Source of the DNA: Candidatus Iainarchaeum sp.
GTDB lineage: Archaea > Iainarchaeota > Iainarchaeia > Iainarchaeales > 0-14-0-20-30-16
Assembly: GCA_028710695.1 (NCBI GenBank)
Contig: JAQTTP010000001.1
Span: forward strand, 150,001 to 182,000
Length of the DNA stretch: 32,000 bases
Direction: 5' to 3'
The notes beneath the pieces are model-generated. The model was given only the letters and a program-made list of their open reading frames with translations. It was not told where the DNA came from and searched no databases. How positions within the stretch are numbered: position 1 is the first letter of the stretch; each line of letters starts with the position of its first letter. The position numbers and the translations under genes were made by a program. Below, in pieces: positions 1-9,173 of this stretch.

Positions 1-15
1 AAAACAATATAGGAG

Positions 16-270
16 TTGAATAAAATGAATGGAACAGTAAAATTCTACAATGTAAAGAAGAGATTTGGATTCATAACTGGGGAAGACAGCAAAGATTACT
101 TTGTTCACTTGTCTGGTGTTGAAAAGGGAAATTTTTTAACAGAGAATTCAAAAGTTGAGTTTGAAGTTGAAAACGACGAAAAAGGTCCTAAGGCAGTTAA
201 TGTTAAATTAACAGAACCAAACCCACCAAGAGAAAGAAAGCCAAGAAAGACTGAAGACGAAGAAGAATAA
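16..270 (+). CDS. Cold shock domain (CspA-like) protein
   Basis: MNGTVKFYNVKKRFGFITGEDSKDYFVHLSGV matches the RNP1/RNP2-containing cold-shock fold; likely start is the second ATG (MNGT). SD-like aggag upstream. Confidence 0.93.
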   Translation: MNKMNGTVKFYNVKKRFGFITGEDSKDYFVHLSGVEKGNFLTENSKVEFEVENDEKGPKAVNVKLTEPNPPRERKPRKTEDEEE

Positions 271-293
271 AATCTAATTTTTTAGATTATGCT

Positions 294-848
294 TTAGAGG
301 GCATTATGCCCTTTATCTTTTTTCATTCTATCCGCAACATTGTATCTCTCGTCATTAGGATAGAATGTGGCGTAATATTTCTGGAATAATCTTGATTTTG
401 TAAACTTTCTTAAATTTGTGGAGATTGCTTTTATCATTTTTGGTATTGCATCGAATTTTGACAAGAACTTTACCATTTTGTCGCCTTTTATTGCTTCGTG
501 TACAATTGCCTGGCCAACAAGGATCTTTTCTGTTTCTGCAAATATCAAGTAAGTTCTATTTATTGCTCCAAAAATAAGCCCAAATGGAAATACAGCAAGG
601 ATATCTAACCAGTGATGTGTGAAGAAGAACCTTACATTTTTTGACCTTTTGTAAATTATGATTAAATCAGTTCCAAATACTACAATAACTAATATGTCAA
701 TAATTTCAAATACAAGTTGCATACCGGGGAGTTTTGTATTACCAAAGATACTATAAAATATTACAAAAATAAGTAGAACAAGAACAAGTGGCATGATTCT
801 GCTGTTTATTCTGTCAACTTTTTTTAAGAAGGGGCTAAGTTCTCCCAT
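294..848 (-). CDS. Membrane protein resembling the N-terminal part (S1-S3-like) of ion-transport/voltage-sensor proteins
   Basis: Hydrophobic helices LVLVLLIFVIFYSIF and IIDILVIVVFGTDLIII, then HHWLDILAVFPFGLIFG; no pore signature. Confidence 0.5.
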   Translation of the reverse strand: MGELSPFLKKVDRINSRIMPLVLVLLIFVIFYSIFGNTKLPGMQLVFEIIDILVIVVFGTDLIIIYKRSKNVRFFFTHHWLDILAVFPFGLIFGAINRTYLIFAETEKILVGQAIVHEAIKGDKMVKFLSKFDAIPKMIKAISTNLRKFTKSRLFQKYYATFYPNDERYNVADRMKKDKGHNAL

Positions 849-974
849 ATTTATAATAAAACAAACCTATTTAAGTGATTTTCTATTTATAAACGAGATC
901 CGGCTAGTTTTTTAAGATAATAGCCCCTTATTTTTATAGAATAAATGGTATAAAGGGTGGAGGAGGGGTAAAAG

Positions 975-1133
975 ATGCCAGTAAATTATTCTATTGCAAG
1001 CGGGCCGGGTGCCTGCACATGTGGTGGTTGTGTTCATTATAAGCCATTTCCAGATAATCCAAAGAAAGGAAAATGCTTTAGTAGCGAAGTAGAATGCTCT
1101 GGGCATTGTAAGTTCTTTAGATATAAAAGGTAG
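975..1133 (+). CDS. Small Cys-rich protein (52 aa), putative metal or Fe-S binding
   Basis: ATG at 975 after strong SD GGAGGGG; translates to MPVNYSIASGPGACTCGGCVHYKPFPDNPKKGKCFSSEVECSGHCKFFRYKR*. Six Cys. Not in the ORF track because of its length. Confidence 0.75.
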   Translation: MPVNYSIASGPGACTCGGCVHYKPFPDNPKKGKCFSSEVECSGHCKFFRYKR

Positions 1134-1147
1134 ATTCCCGCCTTTTT

Positions 1148-1951
1148 TTATTTTTTTGCTAAATAAATCGGAAAAATAAAATCAAGTAGGTAACCTGTTT
1201 TTGTTATCTTAATGTTTTTTGGTTGTACTTTTGATTTTAAAATTATCTTTTGTATTTTTTCTATTTCTATCTTTGTGAAATCATATCTTTCTATGTGTTC
1301 TTTTTCTGTTAGTTTCATATTATTTGACTTGCCAATAAGTTTTAATTCTTTAAAGCCAGCTTTTGAATATAATTCTGAAATACTTTCTTTGGATTGAAAA
1401 TGCCTTTTGCCTATTAGCTTGTTTGAAGCATAAATTTTATCTGCTAAATCTCTGTCTTTATTTGTTGGCATTGCTGCACAACAATTTATGAACAGACCAG
1501 ATTCTGTTAAATGTTTTTTAATGTTTTTTAGCGCCTTGACCTGTAATTTTTCTTTGTAAATATAATCCAAAGAGGAACGCATAATAATTAAATCAAACTT
1601 TGTGCATAGATCACAAGTTAGAATGTCTGCAAGAACTTTTTTTGTTTTTGGATTTTTATTTTCATCTAATTGTTTTTGTGAAATGTCTAATAAGGTAAGT
1701 TCTGACTTTATGTTATGTTTTTTGAGAGAAAGAATTAGTTTTTCTCCTAGGAGACCATTACCGCCTGCAACATAAAGGATTTCAATTTTCTTTTTGTTTA
1801 ATTTTTTTATGTGTGGTAGGCAAGCTTTAATAAAAAGATTAATATTTGTTGTATCTGAAAAATAAGAATTATAAGTTTTATTCCAATTCTTTCCAAGAAC
1901 ATTTTTGTCAGTTTCTAAATTATTCTTGGAAATCTTTGTTATTTTTTGCAT
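1148..1951 (-). CDS. Class I SAM-dependent methyltransferase-like protein
   Basis: KIEILYVAGGNGLLGEKLILSLKK motif I-like, then ADILTCDLCTKFDLIIMRSSLDYI and HLTESGLFINC. Confidence 0.65.
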   Translation of the reverse strand: MQKITKISKNNLETDKNVLGKNWNKTYNSYFSDTTNINLFIKACLPHIKKLNKKKIEILYVAGGNGLLGEKLILSLKKHNIKSELTLLDISQKQLDENKNPKTKKVLADILTCDLCTKFDLIIMRSSLDYIYKEKLQVKALKNIKKHLTESGLFINCCAAMPTNKDRDLADKIYASNKLIGKRHFQSKESISELYSKAGFKELKLIGKSNNMKLTEKEHIERYDFTKIEIEKIQKIILKSKVQPKNIKITKTGYLLDFIFPIYLAKK

Positions 1952-2484
1952 TAAAATCTTCCTTTAGTCCAAAATTCTTTTGGTAATTTTAATAATATTT
2001 TTCTTAGAACTATATAATCAATGTCTTTTTTTATTACTTCAATAACTTGTTTATCGCGCAAAACTTTTTCACTTGTTCTATTTGTATCTATTATGGTTTG
2101 CAATTTTGTAATATACAATGCTTCTGTGTTCAAACAATTTAAATAAATCTTTTTATATTTTATTTTTTTTGTTTGCTTGAGAAATATTTTTGTTCCGAGT
2201 AAAGATGTATGTACATCGAAAGTAGTATTATTTTTACTTAATCTTACATAATTATGTTCTGAATTTTTGTTATTGCTCTGAAAATCTATTTTCCAATTTT
2301 TGTTTTTGAACTGATCTTTTATTTTGTTTAATAATTCTTTATTTTTTACATAGATGTCTATATCTGCAGAAGTTTCTAAACCAGTTGCCAGATGACTACA
2401 AAAACCGCCGAATATAACATAATCATCAATGTTATCTAATGCTTGTGTAATTTCATCCATTTCTTTTGTAATTCTAGAATCCAT
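1951..2484 (-). CDS. Nucleotidyltransferase-fold protein
   Basis: YVIFGGFCSHLATGLETSADIDIYV (GG...DxD pattern). The track ORF extends to 2601, but its N-terminus is translated tRNA-Thr, so the plausible start is ATG at 2484 (MDSRITKEMDE...). Confidence 0.6.
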   Translation of the reverse strand: MDSRITKEMDEITQALDNIDDYVIFGGFCSHLATGLETSADIDIYVKNKELLNKIKDQFKNKNWKIDFQSNNKNSEHNYVRLSKNNTTFDVHTSLLGTKIFLKQTKKIKYKKIYLNCLNTEALYITKLQTIIDTNRTSEKVLRDKQVIEVIKKDIDYIVLRKILLKLPKEFWTKGRF

Positions 2485-2486
2485 AA

Positions 2487-2558
<72 letters not shown>

Positions 2559-2678
2559 CTATGCCTTTCTTTTTCCAAAAAAGAAAGCCGTAAGTTCCCA
2601 CAAAGAAAAAGGAACAAACTATATTTTATAATGACAAAAAATTTATATTACAAAGGTTTTATTCTTATGTGATAAGGT

Positions 2679-3107
2679 ATGAATAAACAATTTAGAATCT
2701 ATAAATCTAATTCTCAAAAGAATGGAACTGCGATGTCAGTAGATATAAACAAAGAAAAGCAAAGCATTTTCTTGGAGTTTGCAAAGCAGAAACCAGATGA
2801 CACGTTTGATTGGGAAAAGAAGCTTACAATAAAATTATCTTTGAGCGAACTTGCAAAAGTTTGTGTGTTTTATAGAAATAAAACCGCAGAAGTAACGTTT
2901 TTTCATGATCCTTCTAAAGGAGAATATAAGGCCAGTTTTAAGAACGCTGTTTTGAAAGTATCACGCGGAACTAATAATTATTATTTAAAGTTAAATCAAC
3001 AGGAATTGGACGGAAACCTGAATTCAATTTTGGTTAATGTAACAGAAGAAGAAATGTATTCTTTGTGTTTGATATTTGATAGAATGATTCAAGATAGTTA
3101 TCTTTAG
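2679..3107 (+). CDS. Small protein, possibly PC4/Whirly-like ssDNA-binding
   Basis: Pattern SVDINKEKQSIFLEFAKQ...FDWEKKLTIKLSLSELAKV...ASFKNAVLKV...YYLKLNQQE...EEMYSLCLIFDRMI. Fold assignment is by recall of pattern only. Confidence 0.4.
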   Translation: MNKQFRIYKSNSQKNGTAMSVDINKEKQSIFLEFAKQKPDDTFDWEKKLTIKLSLSELAKVCVFYRNKTAEVTFFHDPSKGEYKASFKNAVLKVSRGTNNYYLKLNQQELDGNLNSILVNVTEEEMYSLCLIFDRMIQDSYL

Positions 3108-3116
3108 GTGAATAAA

Positions 3117-3431
3117 ATGAAAAAGTTGAAAGTGCAAAAAGAGTTTATGGATTTTTTAAAAGAGTATAAAATAGTTGCTTTGGCAATTGCGTTTATTATG
3201 GGTGCTGCAGCAACTACTCTGATAAAATCTTTAGTTGACAACATAATAATGCCCATAATAACTGTGTTTATTCCAAGTGGTTCTTGGAAAACAGCAACAT
3301 ATAGTTTGGGGTCAATAGCGATTGGTTGGGGCAGCTTTTTGAGCGAGTTAATAAGTTTTTTTATAATAGCAGTTGTAGTTTTTATTGTTGTAAAAAAAGT
3401 TATGAAAGATGACAAAATCACAAAAGAATAA
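3117..3431 (+). CDS. mscL: Large-conductance mechanosensitive channel MscL
   Basis: EFMDFLKEYKIVALAIAFIMGAAATTLIKSLVDNIIMPIITVF is the MscL TM1 signature, with a second TM helix after it. GGTGA SD favours ATG 3117 over GTG 3108. Confidence 0.9.
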   Translation: MKKLKVQKEFMDFLKEYKIVALAIAFIMGAAATTLIKSLVDNIIMPIITVFIPSGSWKTATYSLGSIAIGWGSFLSELISFFIIAVVVFIVVKKVMKDDKITKE

Positions 3432-3516
3432 GTTCATTCTGGAATATCCCAAATCTTTGATTTGTGGATATGGTCTGTTTTTGGCAGACCGTGCCTTTTT
3501 TCTAAAAAGGCTGGAT

Positions 3517-3590
3517 GGGAAGAGAGGGATTTGAACCCTCGACACTTAGGTCTTCAGCCTAATGCTCTTCCGGACTGAGCTACCTTCCCA
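3517..3590 (-). tRNA. tRNA-Phe (anticodon GAA)
   Basis: Acceptor GGGAAGG/TCTTCCC, anticodon stem TTAGG-CTGAAGA-CCTAA, T arm GAGGG-TTCAAAT-CCCTC, discriminator A. Confidence 0.95.
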
Positions 3591-3703
3591 CGATCCTTTT
3601 TTCTTTTTAAAAAGAAAAAAGCCTACGTTTGCCAAAAAAGAAAATGGCTTCGCGTAAAACGAAAATAAGTAAGAATAACTAATGCTATTCTGTGTTTATT
3701 GGA

Positions 3704-4345
3704 TTAGTTTGCTTTGAATAATTTGTCCTGCATTTTCTTTACTTCTTCTTGTGAAAGCCTTTTGTGTATCTCTGCAACATACTTCTGTATTAATGCAGAT
3801 AAATCCATGATTCCGTCTTGTAGCTCGTACATTGAAATATCATACTTTTCAGGAGCAATTACCTCTACACTTGTTGGTGTGTAGAAACTAACAAAATAAA
3901 TTAATGTAGAAAAACTTTTTAAAGAAAGTGTTGCATCTATGTAGCCGAAAAACATATTGTCTTGCTCTAAAATTTCGGAAATTTTTGAATCATAAATAGT
4001 GAAATCCTTTTCATTTGTCATCATTTTTTCGATTTTTTCAAGATTCACTCTTACTAGGTCTTTGTCAATTCCTTGCAATTCGATAATTGCTCTTACTTTT
4101 AGTTTATAAGAATCATTCTCAGAGATTTGCTTCCTTTTCTTAACTGTTTCAATAATGTAATCGTCTAAAGTGTACTTTGTTGGGAACCCATCTTGCTTTT
4201 TTATTAAGCCTTGTTTTAGCATGTTATTTAGCTCTTTTGTTACCTGTGCATAGCCAATATCTAGCTGTTTGTTTATATCTTCTGCAGTTTTTGGTTCTGT
4301 AAGCAATAAAACAGCGATTTTTCTCTGCATTTCGGGAATTCTCAT
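3704..4345 (-). CDS. Protein with N-terminal winged-helix-like domain
   Basis: MQRKIAVLLLTEPKTAEDINKQLDIGYAQVTKELNNMLKQGLIKKQDG looks like a wHTH. Confidence 0.55.
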   Translation of the reverse strand: MRIPEMQRKIAVLLLTEPKTAEDINKQLDIGYAQVTKELNNMLKQGLIKKQDGFPTKYTLDDYIIETVKKRKQISENDSYKLKVRAIIELQGIDKDLVRVNLEKIEKMMTNEKDFTIYDSKISEILEQDNMFFGYIDATLSLKSFSTLIYFVSFYTPTSVEVIAPEKYDISMYELQDGIMDLSALIQKYVAEIHKRLSQEEVKKMQDKLFKAN

Positions 4346-4446
4346 AAAATATCACTAGAAAACTATAGATATTAGGGAGGAGTTACTTTTTTAAATAAGA
4401 ATGGTTTATTATATATGACTCTTATATGACTTTGGAGGTTATAATT

Positions 4447-4947
4447 ATGATTGGACAAAGAGGACAAGCGTTTAGTGTATTTAAGATTTTGATTGCAGCA
4501 ATTGTTGCACTAGCTATTTTGGGATTATTATTGAACATTATGGGATTAATTAGCTTTAACCCTGCAAACGAGCCAGAAACAGCAGTAAAGGACTTAGTTA
4601 AGAAGGCTTATAGTAGCCCATATGCTCCAGCATCAAGTGTTGTAACTTTTAGTTATCCTGATCACTATCAGATAACAAAAGCACAAATAAAAGAAGCAGC
4701 ATCATTAACTGATGAACAAATTGTATTTGTATCTCCTAATTCACAATCAATATCAGCACTATTTAGTGCAGAAGATTTTTCTTTAAAATTGGAAAATAGT
4801 GTAAAGAGTAAAGAAGCGCTTCTTTATGTGATTTGTGGTGCTAACCCAAATGATATTTCACAGAGTGTTCCAGAAGTGTTTGGAAACTTGTCTGCACAAG
4901 ATATTGGGGACGTAGTTTGTTATATCACAGTTGGCCCTAAGAAGTAA
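4447..4947 (+). CDS. Pilin-like secreted protein with class III signal peptide
   Basis: ATG 4447 after GGAGGT SD; MIGQRGQAFSVFKILIAAIVALAILGLLLNIMG: RG|Q cleavage-like site followed by an H-domain. Confidence 0.65.
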   Translation: MIGQRGQAFSVFKILIAAIVALAILGLLLNIMGLISFNPANEPETAVKDLVKKAYSSPYAPASSVVTFSYPDHYQITKAQIKEAASLTDEQIVFVSPNSQSISALFSAEDFSLKLENSVKSKEALLYVICGANPNDISQSVPEVFGNLSAQDIGDVVCYITVGPKK

Positions 4948-4957
4948 GTGATCAAAA

Positions 4958-5149
4958 ATGTTTGAGAATATAAAGGGGTTCCTAAAAGAAAAGAAAGGGC
5001 AGAGTGAGTGGAACACCCTTTATATTGTCCTAATTCTAGCAATCGCAGCAGTTGTGCTAATTGCTGTTGTAAAACCCATGTTTAAAGGCACTACAAAGGT
5101 GGCAAGCAGCCAGCCAGTAGCGGGGACTCCTGCAGCGCCAACTAGCTAG
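4958..5149 (+). CDS. Short pilin-like protein with class III signal peptide
   Basis: KEKKGQSEWNTLYIVLILAIAAVVLIAVV: KKG|Q motif plus H-domain, with an Ala/Pro/Thr-rich tail. Confidence 0.65.
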   Translation: MFENIKGFLKEKKGQSEWNTLYIVLILAIAAVVLIAVVKPMFKGTTKVASSQPVAGTPAAPTS

Positions 5150-5246
5150 ACACACTAACCTATTAGTTTATAAACGCCTACTTATACATATATAATTATA
5201 AGTACAAATTGTATTATTTTTAAAAAATAAATTCGGGGGTTGGTAC

Positions 5247-5957
5247 ATGTATACTACTTCTAAAGCTCCAGCAATGGCATATGATAGAGCAATAACTGTT
5301 TTCAGTCCAGAAGGAAAACTTTATCAGGTTGAATATGCAACAAAAATAATCGATAAAGGGACTCCAGCTTTGGCTGTAAAATACAAGGAAGGAATAGTAT
5401 TTTTGGCAGATTTGAACTTCGAGTCAAAACTGCTAGTTTCGGATACTTTGGAGAAAGTATTCAAGGTAGATGACCAAATATACCTTATCTCAGCAGGAAT
5501 GGCTGGAGATGCAAGGAGAATAGTGGAATTCGCTAGAGAAATGATCCAAGAAAATAGGATAATATACGGTGAGCCATTAGAAGTGCCATATTTAGCAAAG
5601 AAAATAGGAAGTATAAAGCAAGCATTCACTCAGTATGGGGGGATGAGGCCTTACGGAGTTTCATTCATAATTGTTGGAAAGGATGAAGATTTCCATATTT
5701 ATGAGACAGAGCCTTCCGGGTCAGTTGCAGAATACAAAGCATTAGCAATTGGAAGAAGTAGACAAAAAGCAATGTCTTTTTTTGAAAAGAATTACAAGGA
5801 AAATATTTCAGAAAAAGATGCAGTAAAATTATGCTTAAATGCATTGAAGCAAATTTATGACAAGGAAAAAATGGAATTGTCAAAAGTAAAAGTGGGAATC
5901 ATAGACGACAAAAAATCAAGGGTTTACAACCTTGAAGAATATTTGTCTAAAAACTGA
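5247..5957 (+). CDS. psmA: Proteasome alpha subunit
   Basis: AYDRAITVFSPEGKLYQVEYATKIIDKGTPALAVKYKEG is the canonical alpha-subunit N-terminus. Confidence 0.97.
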   Translation: MYTTSKAPAMAYDRAITVFSPEGKLYQVEYATKIIDKGTPALAVKYKEGIVFLADLNFESKLLVSDTLEKVFKVDDQIYLISAGMAGDARRIVEFAREMIQENRIIYGEPLEVPYLAKKIGSIKQAFTQYGGMRPYGVSFIIVGKDEDFHIYETEPSGSVAEYKALAIGRSRQKAMSFFEKNYKENISEKDAVKLCLNALKQIYDKEKMELSKVKVGIIDDKKSRVYNLEEYLSKN

Positions 5958-5966
5958 GGGTTTTAG

Positions 5967-6653
5967 ATGGTCACAGTAGATAAGGCTATAGTTGCAAGCC
6001 ATGATAAAAATGGAAAACATTTTGAAATATTAGTGGATGCTGATTTAGCATTAGAAGTAAGAGAAGGAAAGCAAATAGAACAGGTGTTTGGAAACCTGTT
6101 GGCATCAGATGATGTTTATAAAGATGCGGGCAAGGGAGAAAGAGTGCCTTCAAAAGATTTGTTAGATGCTTTTAATACTGAAGAAATGCTTCCAATAGCA
6201 AAAGAAATAATTCTTGATGGAAGAGTGGAATTAACAACAGAACAGAAAAGGAAAAAATTAGAACAAAAGAGAAAAGAAATAATATTGTATATTTCTAAAA
6301 ATGCAATTAATCCTTTGACAAAAACACCACATCCACCACAAAGAATTGAGCTTGCAATTGACCAGGCAAGGGTTACAATAGATCCAACAAAACCAGTAAA
6401 AGCACAGATCGATAAAATAATAGAAAAGATAAAACCTATTTTGCCGCTATCTTTTGACCAGGACGTACTTAGTATGAAAATACCAATAAGTTTTGCAAAC
6501 AAAGTTCTTGGTTTTTTAAGCAAGTATGAAGTTGTAGAAAAAAAATGGAATAGTGATGGATTAAATATCAAAATAAAGATAAGTAGTGGCCTTAAACAAG
6601 AAGTAACAAATAATGTATATGCGGCTACTTCTGGAAAAGTAATGTTTGAATAA
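5967..6653 (+). CDS. Ribosome maturation protein SBDS/Sdo1
   Basis: VFGNLLASDDVYKDAGKGERVPSKDLLDAF...GRVELTTEQK...NPLTKTPHPPQRIELAI. Confidence 0.95.
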   Translation: MVTVDKAIVASHDKNGKHFEILVDADLALEVREGKQIEQVFGNLLASDDVYKDAGKGERVPSKDLLDAFNTEEMLPIAKEIILDGRVELTTEQKRKKLEQKRKEIILYISKNAINPLTKTPHPPQRIELAIDQARVTIDPTKPVKAQIDKIIEKIKPILPLSFDQDVLSMKIPISFANKVLGFLSKYEVVEKKWNSDGLNIKIKISSGLKQEVTNNVYAATSGKVMFE

Positions 6654-6669
6654 AAGTGTGGTGTATATT

Positions 6670-7275
6670 ATGAAAGAAATAATTTTTCCCGGGGATGTTA
6701 TTAACGAAAATCTCAAACCTGGATTTGGAACCTATAAAAAAGATGGGAAAGTTTATTCCAAGTATTTAGGAATTTTGTATAAAGACGATGGAATAAAAGT
6801 AATCCCAATAACTGGAAAATATATTCCAAAAGAAAGTGACAATATAATTGGTGTTGTTTTAGAAGAAGATAATTTTGTGTATTTATTGGACATAAACAGC
6901 TACAAACAAGGTGTTTTGTTTAAGAGAGCAAATAGTGCAAAATTATATGATGTTTATTTGATGAGAGTAAACGGTGTAAACGAAGTTAGAGACGTTGAAT
7001 TAGAAGTAATTAGTAAATTAGCAAATGGAGAAGCAGTAAAAGTAAATCCAAAAAAAGTTGCAAGACTTATTGGAAAAAATAAATCTATGCAAACTTTGAT
7101 AGAAACAAAAACAAATACAAAAATCATAATTGGATTAAATGGAATTGTTTATGTAATTGGAAATAATATAGAAAAAGTGAAAGAGATAATAAAATTTATT
7201 GAAGATTACAGTCATGAGGATAATTTGACTAATAAGGTAAGTGAAGTTTTAGATAAAATGAATGTTAAAAAATAA
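6670..7275 (+). CDS. rrp4: Exosome RNA-binding subunit Rrp4
   Basis: IIFPGDVINENLKPGFGTYKKDGKVYSKYLGILY; S1/KH-like remainder; genomic context. Confidence 0.9.
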   Translation: MKEIIFPGDVINENLKPGFGTYKKDGKVYSKYLGILYKDDGIKVIPITGKYIPKESDNIIGVVLEEDNFVYLLDINSYKQGVLFKRANSAKLYDVYLMRVNGVNEVRDVELEVISKLANGEAVKVNPKKVARLIGKNKSMQTLIETKTNTKIIIGLNGIVYVIGNNIEKVKEIIKFIEDYSHEDNLTNKVSEVLDKMNVKK

Positions 7276-7285
7276 AGGTGTATAT

Positions 7286-7984
7286 ATGGTGAAGAAGAGA
7301 GTTGACGGACGAGAAATGAATGAGTTAAGACCAATAAAAATTGTTCCCTCAGTAATTGAGAGAGCAGATGGCTCCGCATATTTAGAGTGGGGTCAAAATA
7401 AAATGATTGTGGCAGTATATGGCCCAAAAGAAATGCTTCCAAAGCATTTAGCAGATTCACAAAGAGGAAAAATAAATTTTATCTACAGAATGGCGCCATT
7501 TTCAGTGCCAGAAAGAAAGAATCCTAAGCCAGGAAGGCGAGATATAGAAATTTCAAAAGTTGTTGGAGAGGCTTTGTCTCACGCAGTTTTATTAGAAGAA
7601 TTCCCTGGAATGGTAATAGATGTTTATGTTCAAATATTGGACAGTAACGCAGGAACAAGAGTTGCTGCTTTAACAGCTTCTTCAGTTGCTTTAGCTGATG
7701 CAGGAATTCCAATGAAAGATTTAGTTACTGCGGTTGCAGTTGGAAAAGCAAACGGAAACATAATTGCAGACTTAAATAAATACGAAGAAGATGCAGAAGA
7801 TGCGGTAGATATGGCATTTGCAATGCTTCCTGGGAGTGAAGAGATTGTATTGCTTCAGGCAGATGGGATCCTAAGCGAGGACGAATTTGACAAGGCAATA
7901 AAAATAGCAAAGGAAAAATGCCAAGAAGTAAAAAAACTGCAAATTGAGGCTTTAAAGTCAAAATTTAAGGCTTTAAAGGAGTGA
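7286..7984 (+). CDS. rrp41: Exosome subunit Rrp41
   Basis: VDGREMNELRPIKIVPSVIERADGSAYLEWGQNKMIVAVYGPKE...RRDIEISKV...DSNAGTRVAALTASSVALADAGIPM. Confidence 0.97.
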   Translation: MVKKRVDGREMNELRPIKIVPSVIERADGSAYLEWGQNKMIVAVYGPKEMLPKHLADSQRGKINFIYRMAPFSVPERKNPKPGRRDIEISKVVGEALSHAVLLEEFPGMVIDVYVQILDSNAGTRVAALTASSVALADAGIPMKDLVTAVAVGKANGNIIADLNKYEEDAEDAVDMAFAMLPGSEEIVLLQADGILSEDEFDKAIKIAKEKCQEVKKLQIEALKSKFKALKE

Positions 7985-7989
7985 TATAG

Positions 7990-8775
7990 ATGATAGACTA
8001 TTCTTATGATATTGAAATGGTAAAAGGAAGAATCGAAAAAGGAATAAGAACAAACAATAGAAAAGATGATGAATACAGAGAAATAAAGATTGAGACTGGA
8101 ATATTGAAAAATGCAGCAGGATCGGCAAAAGTAACTTTAGGAAAGACAATGATCTATGCTGGAACTAAGTTGGAAATAGGCACACCTTATCCTGATACCC
8201 CTGAAGAAGGTGGAATCACAGTTGGTGTAGAATTGAGCCCAATTGGTGCTCCAGAGTTTTATGCTGGTCCTCCAAGCGAAACATCAATTGAATTATCAAG
8301 AGTTGTTGATAGGGGTATAAGAGAAGCAAAAACAATAGATTTCAAGAAGCTTTTGCTTGTTCCCAAGGAGAAAGCTTGGTTTGTATATGTAGATATTTAT
8401 GTTATGAACCACGATGGGAATTTGTTCGACGCATGCCAAATAGCAGCAATGGCGGCTTTGAAAACAACAAAAATACCAAAAATAGATGAAGATTTTAACC
8501 AAATTAAAGGGGAATATGCAGGAAATTTGAAGCTAGAAAAGCTGCCTGTGCTTAACACATATTCAAAGATAAGTAATAAAATAATTTTGGACCCTGATTT
8601 AAATGAAGATTATGCAACAGAGGCAAGATTATCTATTGCTATAGATGATAATTTGAACATTTGTGCATTACAAAAAGGTGAAAAAGGGTTCTTCACACAA
8701 GAAGAATTGAAAGAGATAATAAAAACATCAAAGAAGAAGTATAAAGAAATGAGGAAAATTTTTGAAAAGTTATAA
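7990..8775 (+). CDS. rrp42: Exosome subunit Rrp42
   Basis: RTNNRKDDEYREIKIETGILKNAAGSAKVTLGKTMIYAGTKLEIGTPYPDTPEEGGITVGVELSPI. Confidence 0.97.
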   Translation: MIDYSYDIEMVKGRIEKGIRTNNRKDDEYREIKIETGILKNAAGSAKVTLGKTMIYAGTKLEIGTPYPDTPEEGGITVGVELSPIGAPEFYAGPPSETSIELSRVVDRGIREAKTIDFKKLLLVPKEKAWFVYVDIYVMNHDGNLFDACQIAAMAALKTTKIPKIDEDFNQIKGEYAGNLKLEKLPVLNTYSKISNKIILDPDLNEDYATEARLSIAIDDNLNICALQKGEKGFFTQEELKEIIKTSKKKYKEMRKIFEKL

Positions 8776-8786
8776 AAGGTGAAAAC

Positions 8787-9173
8787 ATGACAATATCATC
8801 CGGATTTGGATCAAAATATGGAAGAAAAATAAGAAGAAAATACGATAATGTTACACAAGGCTATAAATTCAAGAAACTAGTTTGTCCTTTTTGTGGAATG
8901 AAGAAAGTGACAAGAGAAGCTTCAGGGATATATGAATGCCTTTACTGTAAAAAGAAATTTGCTGGTGGAGCATACGAAGTTGAAACAAGAATAGGAAAAA
9001 CAATAAGAAGCTCAATGGCAAAGAAAAATGTGAAAGAATTAGAAGTATTTTTGGAAGAAGAAACAAAGATAGAAGATAAAGGCGAAAAAGAAGAAAAGGC
9101 TGAAAAAGAGGAAAAAGTAGACAAAAAAGAAAAAAAGCAAAAAAAAGAAAAAGCTAAAGAGAGTGAGGAATAA
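8787..9173 (+). CDS. rpl37ae: Ribosomal protein eL43 (L37Ae) with long acidic/basic C-terminal tail
   Basis: GSKYGRKIRRKYDNVTQGYKFKKLVCPFCGMKKVTREASGIYECLYCKKKFAGGAY, zinc ribbon; tail of K/E repeats. Confidence 0.95.
   Translation: MTISSGFGSKYGRKIRRKYDNVTQGYKFKKLVCPFCGMKKVTREASGIYECLYCKKKFAGGAYEVETRIGKTIRSSMAKKNVKELEVFLEEETKIEDKGEKEEKAEKEEKVDKKEKKQKKEKAKESEE

Noticed and set aside
912-1106. Minus-strand 64-aa ORF in the track
   Set aside because: It is the antisense of the Cys-rich gene at 975-1133, which has a strong SD; the antisense peptide has no recognisable features.
3598-3619. Perfect AT-rich palindrome TTTTTCTTTTTAAAAAGAAAAA
   Set aside because: It sits just upstream of the tRNA-Phe 5' end and is most simply an A/T-rich promoter (TATA-like) region, not a distinct element.
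6116-6571. Minus-strand 151-aa ORF
   Set aside because: Lies entirely antisense to SBDS; low-complexity Phe/Ser-rich translation typical of shadow ORFs in AT-rich DNA.
9056-9170. Purine-rich repeats (gaaaaa/gaagaa) at the eL43 3' end
   Set aside because: Explained by in-frame Lys/Glu codons; not a DNA repeat array or CRISPR.
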